From assembly GCA_026770705.1 (NCBI GenBank), contig JANJGN010000088.1:1054001-1118000 (forward strand): DNA of 64,000 bases. Reading direction: 5' to 3'. Each line of letters opens with the position of its first letter. Position 1 is the stretch's first letter. Below, in pieces: positions 14,251-27,219 of this stretch. Under the pieces are notes generated by a model. It had not been told where the DNA came from, made no database searches, and worked only from the letters and a program-made list of their open reading frames with translations. This DNA is from Isurus oxyrinchus (lineage: Eukaryota). A program made the translations under genes and the position numbers.

Positions 14251-14267
14251 TCCTGCCAACTACGCCA
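14251..14267 (-). promoter_or_regulatory. Primer-binding site complementary to tRNA-Ser
   Basis: TGGCGTAGTTGGCAGGA versus TGGCGTAGTCGGCAGGA (complement of the vertebrate tRNA-Ser AGA/TGA 3' end, from memory), 2 nt from the LTR. Confidence 0.8.
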
Positions 14268-15165
14268 ATTGTTGTGGTAAAAAGATGAGACCACTCAAGT
14301 GTGTGAGTTTCCAGTAAGTAAAGGTTTTATTCAAGCATATGCTGGAAAGATCATCTTGGTTTCCCAAGGATCTCTCACAATGCAAAGTCTGTATCACAGT
14401 TTTATTGTGCTTGGTTCTCAAGTTGCAAAATACTGTGTGGTACAACCCACAATCACCCACCGATATTGCCCAAATACATACATCACCTAACCTTATCAAG
14501 AGTGAGGTGCATTATTGCAGATGTTCCCTCTTACCTCAGCATTTGGCCTCAGAGTTGTTTGGGCCTAATAACTCCCTGCCTGTTTCCTTATCTCCCTAAC
14601 ACCCTGTTTACACAAGCTGTGAAAGCCATTAATTTTATGGCTTGTGATCCTTAGCTGGTTCCCACAGTCCTGGCGATTGTCACTACTCACTGGGGATAGT
14701 GCACTGTAATATCAAGCCCACTCTTCCCCGAGCTGCATCAAGTGTGAAACATTTGACCAAACCACCAGATTGCCCCAATTCTACCGAACTGTTTAATTTA
14801 GGTTCACAGAATACGAGCACCAGGTTTGTAAACTTATGAAGTAACTGTGATTAATTAACTGTTTATAGAACAAATTGTCTTTAACTAGTAGGCAAAGAAA
14901 GAAATATGAACTGCTAACCTCTAACGTGATAACTTAACCTCTACCCCCTTCTGAAATCCCTATACACACACACACACACACACACGCACACACATGTGCA
15001 AGACCCATAAGAAACACAAAAGATGGATTTTAACGGCAGGATATGACAGTTCCATGGCACCAATCCCAAGTACAGGATTGGATGGATTGATTTTGATCGA
15101 TGTCTTCCAAATTCCTTTCAGCTCTTGTTCTTGATGCAAAGTGGTCTTCCAGCAATTTCAGTATT

Positions 15166-15308
15166 TAAAAGCAAAATACTGCGGATGCTGGAAATCTGAA
15201 ATAAAAACCAAAATAGCTGGAAAAGCTCAGCAGGTCTGACAACATCTGTGGAGAGGAAGACAGAGTTAACGTTTTGAGTTCGTATGACTCTTCATCAGAA
15301 CTCAGAAC
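15166..15308 (-). mobile_element. Short Penelope-derived terminal fragment inserted in the Gypsy 3' LTR
   Basis: Absent from the other LTR. Similar to the end of the Penelope element at 4165 and to 44480 and 63518. Confidence 0.7.
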
Positions 15309-15946
15309 ATTTTCAGTATTTAATTCATGGGTTGAGAACTTGCTTTTCAATGTCTCTAATAGAGATTTTCCCCTTTGCCTCTTGACAGAGGTTTTCAGAG
15401 AGAGCAGGTTATAGAGAAATGAGGAGAAAAACCAGCTATTATTGTGGAATTACTGGAACCTTCCACCCATAGAAGAAGGAAGTCTTAGATTTTGTTCCTT
15501 TCAGGCTAGAAGCTATTCTGCTGCACTAAGTTCGCACAAAACCTGGTCATCTGGTCAGGAGCCAATTAAATTGCTGTTGTCAGGCAGTTCCCTTGGTCCA
15601 GGACTCCTATCTGGCACCATCCTGTCTTTCATTGCACACTCAGTTCCAGGACTGCAACATTGTATATATCTCTCATCCTTTGGCGATGGACATGTCCTTT
15701 AATTATAATTTTAATTCACAGTCCAACAAAAAAATAAAAAGATATGTTCTTTTAACAGTCGAACAGAGATAAAAGATATGGCCCTTACATGCCTCCTCCC
15801 TCAAAAGAGATGAAACATCTTTTTATGAAATGCATTTCATCACATGGTATGTGACACATGGACAACAAAACACGAGACTTACTTTCATTCAAACTTCCTC
15901 CCCCTTATACAATTTTATACAATCTTCACCATTCCTTCCCTGTTTA

Positions 15947-16535
15947 GGGTAGGTTTTCCCCCCCTCCCCCATTGTGGGCGCAGTTGAATGGCCGGCGCAC
16001 ACAGACACACTTCCGAATGGCACCCCGATGGGGCTCGCGGCACCATTTTACGTGGGCGGGCCAATTAAGGCCCGCCCAGCGCGACGTTCGCACAGAAGCA
16101 CTATGTGCTCCCTCAGGGAGATCGGCTGTTCTGTGACAAATATTCAAAATAGAGAAAAAAAATATCCTGAATTGCCCCCTCGTGACACTGTCACATGCCC
16201 ATAATCTTTACAAAAACTTTAATAACATTTTTTAAAACCTACATGAAACCTTATCCCGCCCGTCGATGAGGCTTCATGCTTTTTCTAATTCCCGCCAAGG
16301 CTCCTGGCCTGCCCGCCAACCTGAAGGTTGGACAGTCAGGTCCATTAATTAGCCAATCAGTCAATTGGCCATTGACAAGTCGGCGGGCATGCAGCTGATT
16401 TCGCTGTGCCCCCGCCTACTGGAAAATTTAAACAGGGCGAGATCACGTCGGGAGTTCCGCCTGATGTCACCGCGCCTCATTTTACGCGTCACCACCAGGC
16501 CCTGCCCTACGCTCGACGACAGGAAAATCCTGCCC
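15947..16535. mobile_element. PIF/Harbinger-type MITE
   Basis: Imperfect TIRs GGGTAGGTTTTCC / GGAAAATCCTGCCC, TTA duplicated on both sides, GC-rich interior. Confidence 0.78.
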
Positions 16536-19500
16536 TTAGTTTATTTTAGCATTTTACACCCTGGACAATGCATCCACGATCACCTTATCTTTACCGGCAA
16601 TGTGAACAATCTTTACATTGAATGGTTGAAACAATCGACTTCATCTGAACACTCTCGCATTTCGAGTTTTAAACTTTTCAGTGAACACCAGCGGATTATA
16701 GTCATTGTAGATTAGCATTTCTCTGTTATCTTGTTGGACATAAACTTCAAAGTGTTGAAGAGACAACAACAATGCTAGTGTTTCTTTTTCTACTGTAGAG
16801 TACTTCCTCTGATATTGACTAAGCTTCTTGGAAAAGTACCCCACCAGCTTCTCTGTCCCTACAAATTCTCCTTTAACTCCTAAGAAACTTATTGGATCTT
16901 TCTTTGATCCTTCGTCTAAATATGAGAACACAGTGCCTAACTGTCCCAGTGTTGTCGTATTGGCTAGTCAAATTGTAGGATGTTCGCCTAGGGTCCAGTC
17001 TACTTCTCCTTCAACATTATCCTTACTGTCTCTGTCATTCTCCAATACTCCAGCCACCTGGCATACTTGATCTGTCTTATCATCTTCGCTGAGATGATAT
17101 TGCTTCAACATGTTTATGTGACATAACCGTTCCTTCTTCCTATGCTCAGGAGTATCTATCAGAAAAGTCACTTCACTAACTCTCTGAGCCATCTTCTAGG
17201 GACCACTGAATTTTGCTTTCAGGGTTTCACCCTGCAAAGGTAATAATACCAATACTTCATCTCCTGCTTGGAACGTTCTTGTTGTAGCATGTTTGTCTGC
17301 CCATTCTTTCATTTTGGCTTGGGAAATTTTTAAGTGCTCTCATGCTACTTTACGTGCTCCTGTGAGTCTTTCTAGAAACATGGACATGTAATCCAACATG
17401 GAGGATTCACCTTTCTGCTTTACGAACTTTTCCTCAATCACTTTTAATAGATCTCTCATTCCATGACCATAGAGCAATTCAATTGGACTAAATCCAGTAG
17501 ATTCATTTGGAGAATCTCTGGTAACAAATAATAACAAATCTAATCCTTTGTCCCAATCCTTTCATGACAATAGGCCTTAATCATGGTTTTAATCGTCTGA
17601 TGGTATCTCTCTAAAGCTCCCTGTGTCTGTAGGTGATAAGCAGTATACTTTAATTGTTTGACATCCAAATTGCTGATTATGTCCTGGAAAATTTTGGACA
17701 TGGAGTTAGAACCTTAGTCAGATTGTATTTCAGTTGGTAGGCCATAATGTGTGAAAAACTGAGTTAACTATCCCACTACCACCTTAGCTTTAATTATCCT
17801 TAAAGGAATAGCTTCTGGACATCAAGTTGTCATATCCATGATTGCAAGGGTGTATTGATGTTGTGCTTTCATTTCGGTTAAAGGTCCTGCACAATTTACT
17901 AGAAGCCGACTGAATGGTTCTTCAAAAGCTGGTATAGATTTTAAAGGTGCTAGTTTGATTGCTTGTTGAGGTTTACCTACTACCCGACATGTATGACACA
18001 TCTTACAAAATTGCACCACGTCCTTATGAAGCCTTGGCCAGTTAAAATGCCTATTTATTGATGCTTGGGCTTTCCATATTCCTACATGTCCTGCTATCGG
18101 GATTTCAGGTGCTGCTCACAATATCTCCTTACAATATTTGGGTGGTACCACTATCTGATAAATTACTGTCCAATCCTCATCCGCAGGTCTTTGAGGATGT
18201 CTCCCATTCCTGATCAGAACTCCGTTTTTAATGTAAAAGCACTCTGGAACTCCTTCAGCCTCAACTTCAGTGTGAGCTGACTGTGCTAACTTGTTTAACT
18301 CTGGATCTGCTTTCTTAGCATCAATTAATGAAGATGTGCCAAACACTTCCATTGAATTATCCTCGTCCTTAAAGAAAGTTTCAGCTACGCTAACATCTGG
18401 TCGTGGTATTACTTTGACTTCTGGTGATGGGCTTTGTTTAGCCATTGCCCTGGTCACCACACATGATGGGAAAATGCCAGGAACCTGTTCTTGTAACTGC
18501 TCTGTCTCTTTAGCTTCTCTCGGACTTTATGTAATTATGTGTGAAGCTATAACCTTCACTCCTGCCAAATCATTCCCCAGAATCAACTCCAATCCTGGGT
18601 AATTTCTTACCCACTCCTACAACAACCAATCCAGACAACAAATCACTCCAGTTGTACTTTGTAGAATGGAACTGGGACATACTCTCCACTTATCCTGTTT
18701 AACAATACTTTAGCTTTCTTTGAACTCTCTGGAGGGAAAACTAGGTCCTTCTCCAGTAAAAGAGTTTGAGTAGCTCCTGTGTCCCTTAATATAGTTATGG
18801 GTTTACACAGAATCACAAAATCACACAGGGCAGAAGAGGCCTTTGGCCCATCGAGTCTGCACTGACACGTAAGAAACACTTGCAACATTTAGCTGCAACA
18901 TTTGATGAAAAAGGGGTTATCTTTCCTTTAGACAAAACCCCTTTATATCTCTCATCTGCGTTCACTTCACCTGCATTCAGAGCAGCGTTTACTTCCAGAC
19001 CCTTATTTGTAGTTAAAACTACAACTTGATCCCCGGCCTTTTCTCTTTCGTTCCCTTTCCGGACTCACTCTTACAAACCCCAGTAAGTCCCATGGGCTTC
19101 TCTCACAACTTCCAGCATTCTGAACGAATATGTTCCATTTTATTACAATGGAAACACTCAGGCCTTTGAGTTTCACTTCCACCCTCAGTACCTTCCTTCC
19201 TGATCAGCAGAGGAGATCTCAAGTATTCCCAGCTATCTATTCTTTACCCTGGCTACTCGCCTTCCTTTCACTTGCCCACTTTCTAATCTCTTCACATTTT
19301 ATGGGGTGATGGGAAAAAACTTTTTGGAAAAGAGTTTTATGGATCAGCTCATAATGGTCAGCCATTACTGCTGACTGTCTAGCAGTTGCAACCCTTTGGT
19401 CTTCAACCTGGGTTCTTATTACATAAGGTAGGGAGTTCTTAAATTCTTGCAAGAAAATGTTCTGTCTGAGAACTCCATAGGTAGTTTCAACTCCTAAAAC

Positions 19501-21460
19501 ACGTATCCACCTTTCAAAACTACTTTGCTTCATCCTTTCAAATTCAATGTAAGGCTGCCCAGGCTGTTTCCTTAAATTTCAAAACTTTTGGCTGTATGCT
19601 TCAGGGACCTTCTCATCTGTACTCAAAGTGGCCTTTCTCACTGCATCATAATCCCTAGGAACCTCCTCTGACAGTGAAGCATAAATTTCCTGTGCTCTAC
19701 CTGTCAATTTGTTCTGTATGGGCAATGTCCAGTTTTCCTTTGGCCAGTTCATCTGTTGAGCCATCTTCTCAAATGTATTGAAGAATGCTTCATAATCCCT
19801 TCCCTCAAACTTCGGAAGAGCTTGCGCAAATTTAAAGATCTCCCCTTTGGGTTCTGATCTGGACATAAGTCTTGCCTCACCTGCTGGTGTTCCTTTATTA
19901 ACAGCCAGCATTCTAAGCTGGAATTGTCTGTCTCTCTCTCTTTCTCTTTCCTCCTTTTCTAACCTCACCATTTCTAATCCCCTTTCTTGTTTTCTTTCTC
20001 TCTCCTGCCCTTCTGCCTGTTCCCTTGGAAATGCTTTTTCTTTTCAGATGCCTCTAATTCTATTTTTTCCATTTGCAACTTGATTTGAGCCCATTCCAAT
20101 GAACCACCCCTTGGAGAACTCGATTACCCGGTTATTCCTCCCAATTTCAAATGCTGTGCCAGATCTTCGATTATCTCTGCCTTCCTATCTTTAACAGGCA
20201 ATCTTACCCTAAATTTACTTGCCAATTTGATTAACCTGGCTTCTGGGATCCCTTGTAAAATCATCAGGAAGATCTCTTCCACTTGCAGGAAATCTTCAAC
20301 AGTTTCCAGTGCCATCTTAGTTTTGATAGTAGAAACCTGGTGTTTCCTTTTAGCTTTTATTACTTCCTAAATCTACACCCAAATCGTCATTCACTTTTGT
20401 TCCAAATTATCCCTGGACCTGAGCCCCCTAACTTTGTCATGACTCACTGGGGACTGTGCTGTAATATCAAGCCCCACTGTTCCCTGAGACGCGACAAATA
20501 TGAAAAGTTTGACCAAACCACCAGGTTGCACCAATTCTACATAACTGTTTAATTTAGGTTAACAGAATACGAGCACCAGGTTTGTAAACTGAATAATTAA
20601 ATCACTGTTTATAGAACAAATTGTCTTTAACTTGTGGCAAAAGATGGAAAAATGAACTGCTACCTTCTAACACTCTAACATAAACTCTAACTCCTTCTTA
20701 AATCCCTATACGCACATGCACACACAGAAGGCACATAAGATACATAATAGATTTTAAGGACTTTAAGGCTGGGATGAAACTGTTCAATAGCACCAATCCG
20801 GAGTACAGGATTCAATGAGTTAATTTTGATCGATGTCTTCCAAATTCCTTTCAGTTCTTGTTGATGACACAAAGAGGTCTTCCATTAATTTCGGTATTTA
20901 GTTCACTGGTTGAGAACTTGTTTTTCAATGTGTCTAACAGTGACTTTCCCCTTTGCCTCTTGTCAGGGGTTTTCAGAGAGAGCAGGTTACATGGAGAAAA
21001 AAGGAGAAAAACCAGCTAGCTATTATTGTGGAATTACTGGAACCTTCCACACACAGGAGAAAGAGATTTTAGGTCTTGTTCTTTTCAAGCTAGGAGCTAT
21101 TCAGCTTCACTAACTTCACACATAACCTGGTGAGGAGCCAATTAAATTGCTGGTGCCAGACAGCTCCCTTTGTCCAGGGCTCCTTTATGGCACCATCCTG
21201 TCTTTGATGGTACATTCTGTTCCAAAACTGCAATATTGTATATATCCCTCATCCTGTTCCAGTGGACATGCCCTGTAACTGCAGCCATTTTAATTTTAAT
21301 TCACAGTCCATCAGAAATGATAAGATATAGTAGTTACACTATATTTCCCATCATGTCTAGAAAGAATTCTCAAGAAATACATTAGTCTACTTCAAAGCTT
21401 TAATGCAAGTCTTAACATCAATCTCAACCTTAAACTATTTCAATTGCCCCACTTCACAGC

Positions 21461-23390
21461 CATGTCTTGATATCACGTGCAGTTGAATTGAATTTGCTGA
21501 ATATTGGTGTTTATGTTGCTGATGCTCTCAGACGCATGCCAAGGTGGATCATCCACTTGGCACTTCTGGTGCTTCAGCCATTTCTTTTGCACTGATGTGC
21601 TGGTTTCCCTCATCATTTAGCATTGAGGAATTAGTGGAGCCCCCTCCTCCTGATAGTTGTTTAATTGTCCATCACTAATTACAACTGGATGCGGCAAGAC
21701 TGCAGAGGCTTAATCTAATCTGTTGGTTGTCGGATCTCTTGGCTCTGTCTGTCACATGCTGCTTTCACTGTTTGACATACAAGTAGTCCTGTGTTGCATC
21801 ATCACCAGGTTAATACCTCATTTTATGCCTGCCGCTCCTGGCATGCTCTCCTGCGCTCTTCATTGAACCAGGGTGGATCGTTTGGTTTGACAGTATTGGT
21901 AGAGTGTTACACTGGGCCATGAGGTTGAATAGAATTCTGCTGCTGCTGTTGGTCCACAGCATCTCATATATGCCCAGGTTTTAGCTGCTAGATCTGTGCT
22001 GAATCTATCCTAATTAACACGGTGGTAGATCCACACAACACAGTGCAGGATATCTTCAATGTGAAGACAGGACTTGGTCTTCACAAGGACTGTGCGGTGG
22101 TCACTCTTACCTATGCTGTCATGGGCAGGTGCATCTGTGACTGTAGTTTGGTGAGGACCTGATTGAGTTAACTTGACACAAGAACAGAAGAAGTAAGAGC
22201 AGGAGTAGGCAATATGACCCTTTGAGTCTGCTCTGTCATCCAATACGATCATGACTGATCTTGGGCTTCAACTCCATCATGCTGCCTGCTCTCCATAGCC
22301 CTTAATTCTCTGGGAGATTAAAAATCTCTCTATCCCACCCTTAAATATAGTGAATGATGGAACATCGGCAAACCTCTGAGGGAGCAAACTCCAAACATTC
22401 TCAAGCCTTTAAGTGAATTAATTTCCCCTCATCTCCCTCCTAAATGATGGGCCCCTTATCCTGAGACTGTGCCCCTGAGTTTTAGACTCTCCAACCACAG
22501 AAATAATCTCTCAGCGTCTACTCTATCAAGCCCCTTCAGAATGTTGTAGTTTTCAATGAGGCTGGCTCTCATTCTTCTCAACTCCAGAGAATATAAGCCC
22601 ATTTTACTCAACCTCTCATCATAGGTTAACCCCCTCATCTAATCAAATGAACCTTCACTGTATCGCCTCCAGTGCAAGTATATCCTTTCTTAAATGTGGA
22701 GACCAAAACTGCACAGAGTATTCCAGATGAAATCTGACCAAAACCCTGTACAATTGTAGCAAGACTTCTTTATTTGTGCACTTCAATGTCCTCACCAACT
22801 GCTGCAGACCCAATCCAGCAGAAATGTCCTTTAGGACTCGTCCAGCTTGGTCAGTTCTGGTGCTACCATGCCACTCTCGGTGAAGCCCCCAACCAGAGTA
22901 CATTTTCTGCTCTTGCCTCAGTGTTTCTTCCAAGTCATGTTCAACATGGAGGAGTACTGATTCATCAGCTGAGGGGGAAAGGTAGGTGACAGTCACTAGG
23001 AGCTTTCCTTATCCATGTTTGACCTGATGCCATGGACTTTTGAGGGCTCCCAGGGCGACTCTCTCCTGACTGTGTACCACTGTGGTGCCATTTCTGCATG
23101 CTCTGTCCTGCTGGTGGGACAGGACAAACCCGGGGATGAAGATGGTGGTGTTTGGGACATTGGCTGTAAGGTATGATTCAGTGGGTATGACTGTATCAGG
23201 CGGTTGTGTGACTAATCTGTGGGAGATCTCTCATTATTTTGGCACAAGCTCCCAGATGTTGGTAATAAGGACTTTGCAAAGTTGACATGGCTGGGTGTGC
23301 CATTGTGCCGAGCCATTTCTGTGCTGAAGTCAATGCCAGGTGTTTGTCTGGTTGTATTCCTTTTTGACTTTTCTGTGGAAGTTTGGTGCA
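21461..23390 (-). mobile_element. Decayed CR1-clade LINE (continuation of 6710-7088), with a second CR1 3' end nested at ~22180-22775
   Basis: HDSIGKSDHRTVLV and TDQAGRVLKDI endonuclease motifs. Nested LYRVLVR.HLEY.VQFWSP and LGLYSLE.RR motifs. Confidence 0.75.
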
Positions 23391-23759
23391 ACTGAGTGGC
23401 TTGCTAGGTCATTGCAGAGGGCAGTTAAGAGTCAACCACATTGCTGTGAATCTGGAGTCACATGTAGGCCAGATGGTAAGGGGCAAATTTCCTTCCCAAA
23501 TGGCATTAATGAACCAGATGTGTTTTTATCACAATCGATGATAGTTTTAATAGTCACTTTTACAGAGATGAGCTTTCAATTCCAGATTTTTAATTAATTC
23601 AGATGAAGTTTATGATTTCATTGACATTACTTTTTACCAGCTGTCATGGTGAGATTTGACATGCGCCCCCAGAACATCAGTCTGTGTCGTTGGATTATGA
23701 ACTTGGTGATATTACCACAATGCCACTCATATATTCACTCAGCAAGGGGCCTGAGAATT

Positions 23760-25100
23760 CCTGCACTATCTGAGAAGATTGTGAGGAGATTTGATGGAGG
23801 TATTCAAAATCATGAGGAATCTGAACGGAGCAGCTAGAGAGAAACTGTTCCTGTTGGTGGAAGGGTCAAGAACCAGAGGACATCATTTTAAGGTATTGAC
23901 CAAAGAAGCAATGGCAAAATGACAGCAAACTTTTTAAAGCAGCGAGTGGTTAGGATCTGGAGTGCACTGCCTGAGAGTGTGCTGGAGGCAGATTCAGTTG
24001 TGACTTTTCAAAGCAAATCAGATAATTATGTGAAGTGGGAAAACTTACACAGCTGTGGGCAAATGGCAGGGGAGTGACACTGTGTGAATTGCCCTTGCAA
24101 AGAGCCAGCATTGACACAGATGGCCGAATGGACTCTTCTGTTCTGTAACCATTCTGTGATTTCATAAATAGGACTGGGAATCTGTTCCAGTGTCTGGTTC
24201 TCAGATTTATTCCTCAAATATCTCATCCTTGAGAATATTCCCCGAATGACACTACTTGGGGGATTCCCACATGCACTGGACTGGACTCACCTCCAACAAC
24301 CACAACCATCTCCAACTAATGGAGAGTCTTCCCCCTAATTCCTATTGATGTCAATTTTGCTTGGACTGCTTGATGCCACCTCAGTAAAATGCTGCCTTGA
24401 TGTAATATTTCCCCAATCTTAGTTCCTTGGTGTATTCCCCCCAAAGTTTGGATGGTGAGAATTTCCTCATACATGGGATGGGAAATTCCACCACCGCACC
24501 CCCAATATCTATTCCTGAGGAGTATTTTCCACCTATTTGTCTTTGGAAGATTTTTTTCTTATTTATTCGTTCACGGGATGTGGGCATCGCTGGCTAGGTC
24601 AGCATTTTATTGGCCATCCCTAAATTCCCCTTGAGAAGGTGGTGGTGAGCTTCCTTTTCGAACCGCTGCAGTCGATGTGGTGTAGGTTACACCCACAGTG
24701 CTGTTAGGAAGGGAGTTCCAGGATTTTGATCCAGCGACAGTACAGGAACGGTGATGTAGTTCCAAGTCAGGATGGGGTGCGGCTTGGAGGGGAACGGCAG
24801 GTGATGGTGTGCCCATGCATCTGTGCCCTTGTCCTTCTAGGTAGTAGAGGTCATGGATTTGTTGAAGGAGCCAAGATCAGTTGCAAGGTGCATCTTGTGC
24901 ATAGCACACTCTCCTGCCACTGTGTGTTCGTGGTGGAGACAATGAATACGAAGGTGGGGGATGGGATGCCAATGAAGCAGACTCCTTTGTGCTGCTTCTT
25001 GAGTGTTTTTGGAGCTGCACTTATCCTGGCAAATGAAGAGTATTCAATCACATTCCTGCCTTGTGCCTTGTAGATGGTGGACAGGCTTTGGGGAGATAAG
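23760..25100. mobile_element. Mixed CR1-clade LINE 3' fragments (plus at ~23760-24165, minus at ~24565-25100)
   Basis: Typical 3'-end sequence and LSTIYKAQ motif. Confidence 0.6.
24165..24545. repeat. Degenerate fragment of the same satellite family
   Basis: GGACTGGGAATC, AATATTCCCC and CATACATGGGATGGGAA motifs. Confidence 0.45.
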
Positions 25101-25109
25101 CTACTCACT

Positions 25110-27140
25110 GGAGATAGTTACTGTTCTCTGCAGCCGTGACAGGAAGCTCTGGAGTTGTTGCCTACCCAGTGCCAGAGTTAAGGACATCACCTTGTGTCTG
25201 GAGAGGGACTTGGAGCCAGTGGGGGAGCATCCAATTGTCATGGACCCTGTGGGAACCAATGACATAGGTCGAACCAAGAATGATATTCTGCTCAGAGAAT
25301 TTGAGGAGTTAGAGTCCAACCTAAAATGCAGAACATGAAAGGTAATCATTTCTGGATTGTTACCTGAGCCACATGCCAATTGTCCTTGAGTTAAACAGAT
25401 TAGAGAATTAAACTCTTGGCTGAAAGAGTGGTGTGGGAAGAAGGGATTTTGATTCATGGGGCACTGGGAGCAGTACTCTGGGAAGAGTGAGCGACTCCAT
25501 TGGGATGGGCTCCACTAGAGTTGGGCTGGAGCTAGGACTGTGGACAGGGGTGGGAGGGGTCAGATGAAGGGGGATTTAGAAACCCAAAGAGAAAGACAAC
25601 AGTATAGTGATGTGGGTAAAGACAATCAGAGTGGGACAGGAAGGACAAAGATTTTAACCAAAAAATGTTCACTAGCAAATAAGGTCATTGTAAGGAATAA
25701 AAGTAACAAAATGAAATTAGAGTTTCTTCATATGAATGCACAAAGCACCTGCAACAAGGTAGATGAATTAGTGGCACAAATGGAGGTAAATCATTTAGAT
25801 CTAATTTCCATTACAGAAACGTGGGGAGAATTTTCTCCCTGTCGGGTGGGCCAGTCGGGAGTGGGTGCCCGTGATTGGCTGCGCGCAGCCATTTTACGTG
25901 GGCAGGCCAATTAAGGCCCGCCCAGCGTTATGTGCACCCAGTAGCGCTCAGCACTACCTGTGCGGGCGAGGGGAGGAGGGAGAGTCAGGGCCCGCGCTCT
26001 TTCATGCATGCGCGCGAAAGTGCGCCAAAATCTCCCTGAGGCACAGAGCTGCCCCGGGGAGATTAAGTTCAGCCTCAAAGTTTAAAATAAAGAAGGTTAA
26101 AAATCATTTACCCTTGTCCCCTCATGTGGCAGGGTCACATGAGCTGGGACATGTTTATGAAATGTTTTCAAAATATTTATTATTTTCATAAACCCTTCAT
26201 TAAATCTCATCCCGCCCGTGGATGAGGTTTCATGAAAAACACGAAGGCTGGCTGGGCTCTTCACCTGCCCACCAACATTATGGCTTGACGGGCAGCCCTG
26301 TCAAATTGGTTAAGTGGTTAATTAATGACCTTAATAGGCCTTTGACAGTTCGGCACGTGCGCAGCTGGCTCCGGTGCGCACCCACCGAACGCAAGATCGG
26401 GAGGATGAATGGTGATGTCAGGAGGCACTCCCGACATCACCGTGTGTCATTTTACCTGTCAGCATGCAGGGCCCGCCTCAGCACGCTGAACAGGTAATGC
26501 TGCCCATGGTAGCAGGTGGTCAAGGTCGGGAAATAAATATTTCAGAAAGATGGACAGGGTTGAAAAGGAGGTGGGGTAACCCTTACAGCAAAGAATGACA
26601 TAAGGACATAAGTGAGAAAGGATCTGGCCCCTGAAGGTCATGACGTTGAATCAGTATGGGTGGAAATTATGAATTGCAAGAGTCAGAAAACACCTTTGAC
26701 AGTAGTTTATAGGCAACCTAACAGTAGTTATACCATTGGACAGAGCATTAAACAAGGAATTACTGGCGCCAGTATCAAAGGCAATGTCATAATTATGGGG
26801 GACTTGAAGCTTCATATAGACTAGGAGAATCAATTTGGCAAGAATGGTCCAGAAGATGAGTTTGTAGAATGTTTTCATGACAGTTCCTTGGAGTATTACA
26901 TATTGGAACCGACTAGGGGTAAAGCTATCGTGAATCTAGTATTGTGTAATGAAGCAGGGTTAATTAGTAATGACCTCGACAAAGGCCCATTGGGAAATAG
27001 TGACCATAACACACTCAACTCTATGTTAAATTTGAAAGTGACATCTTCCAATCACAAACAAAAATCTTAAAATTAAACAAAATAAGTTACATAGGTATGA
27101 GCAGAGAATTGGTTAAGGTTAATTGTGTGAATAGACTAGA
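25110..27140 (+). mobile_element. Decayed CR1 LINE (ORF1 esterase + APE)
   Basis: VGTNDIG, HMNAQS..NK.DEL, ESVWVEI, IMGD and LGNSDHN motifs. Confidence 0.8.
25823..26505. mobile_element. Related GC-rich MITE inserted in a CR1 endonuclease
   Basis: Shares ATTTTACGTGGGC.GGCCAATTAAGGCCCGCCCAGCG with 15947-16535, has GGG..G / CTGCCC termini and interrupts an ISITETW frame. Confidence 0.7.
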
Positions 27141-27219
27141 GGTGGCGGAACAGTGGTATTCAGTGGGGAGGGAGTTGGCCAGGGAGTCCTCAACTTCAAC
27201 ACTAGACCCCAGGAAGTCT

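Larger units (their letters stand above)
14678..21338 (-). mobile_element. Gmr1-like Ty3/Gypsy LTR retrotransposon, RT deleted
   Basis: LTRs 14678-15789 and 20435-21338 (TGTCA...TTACA). TSD CGAT/CTAT (uninterrupted host LTR has CTAT). Degenerate tRNA-Pro PBS at 20409-20430, PPT GGGAGGAGGCA. Gag with CCHC knuckle (19115-19156), protease LRDTGA, integrase, then RNase H (YFSKKL...YSTVEKE). Confidence 0.9.
7089..21456 (-). mobile_element. Endogenous retrovirus-like LTR element, pol-deleted, with env remnant; 5' LTR split by a Gypsy insertion
   Basis: LTRs at 7089-7583 and 14270-14677 + 21339-21456. 4-bp TSD CAGC (7085-7088, 21457-21460). PBS TGGCGTAGTTGGCAGGA. Polypurine tract AAAAGGAGGGAC at 7584-7595. 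Host LINE resumes in register on both sides. Confidence 0.88.
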
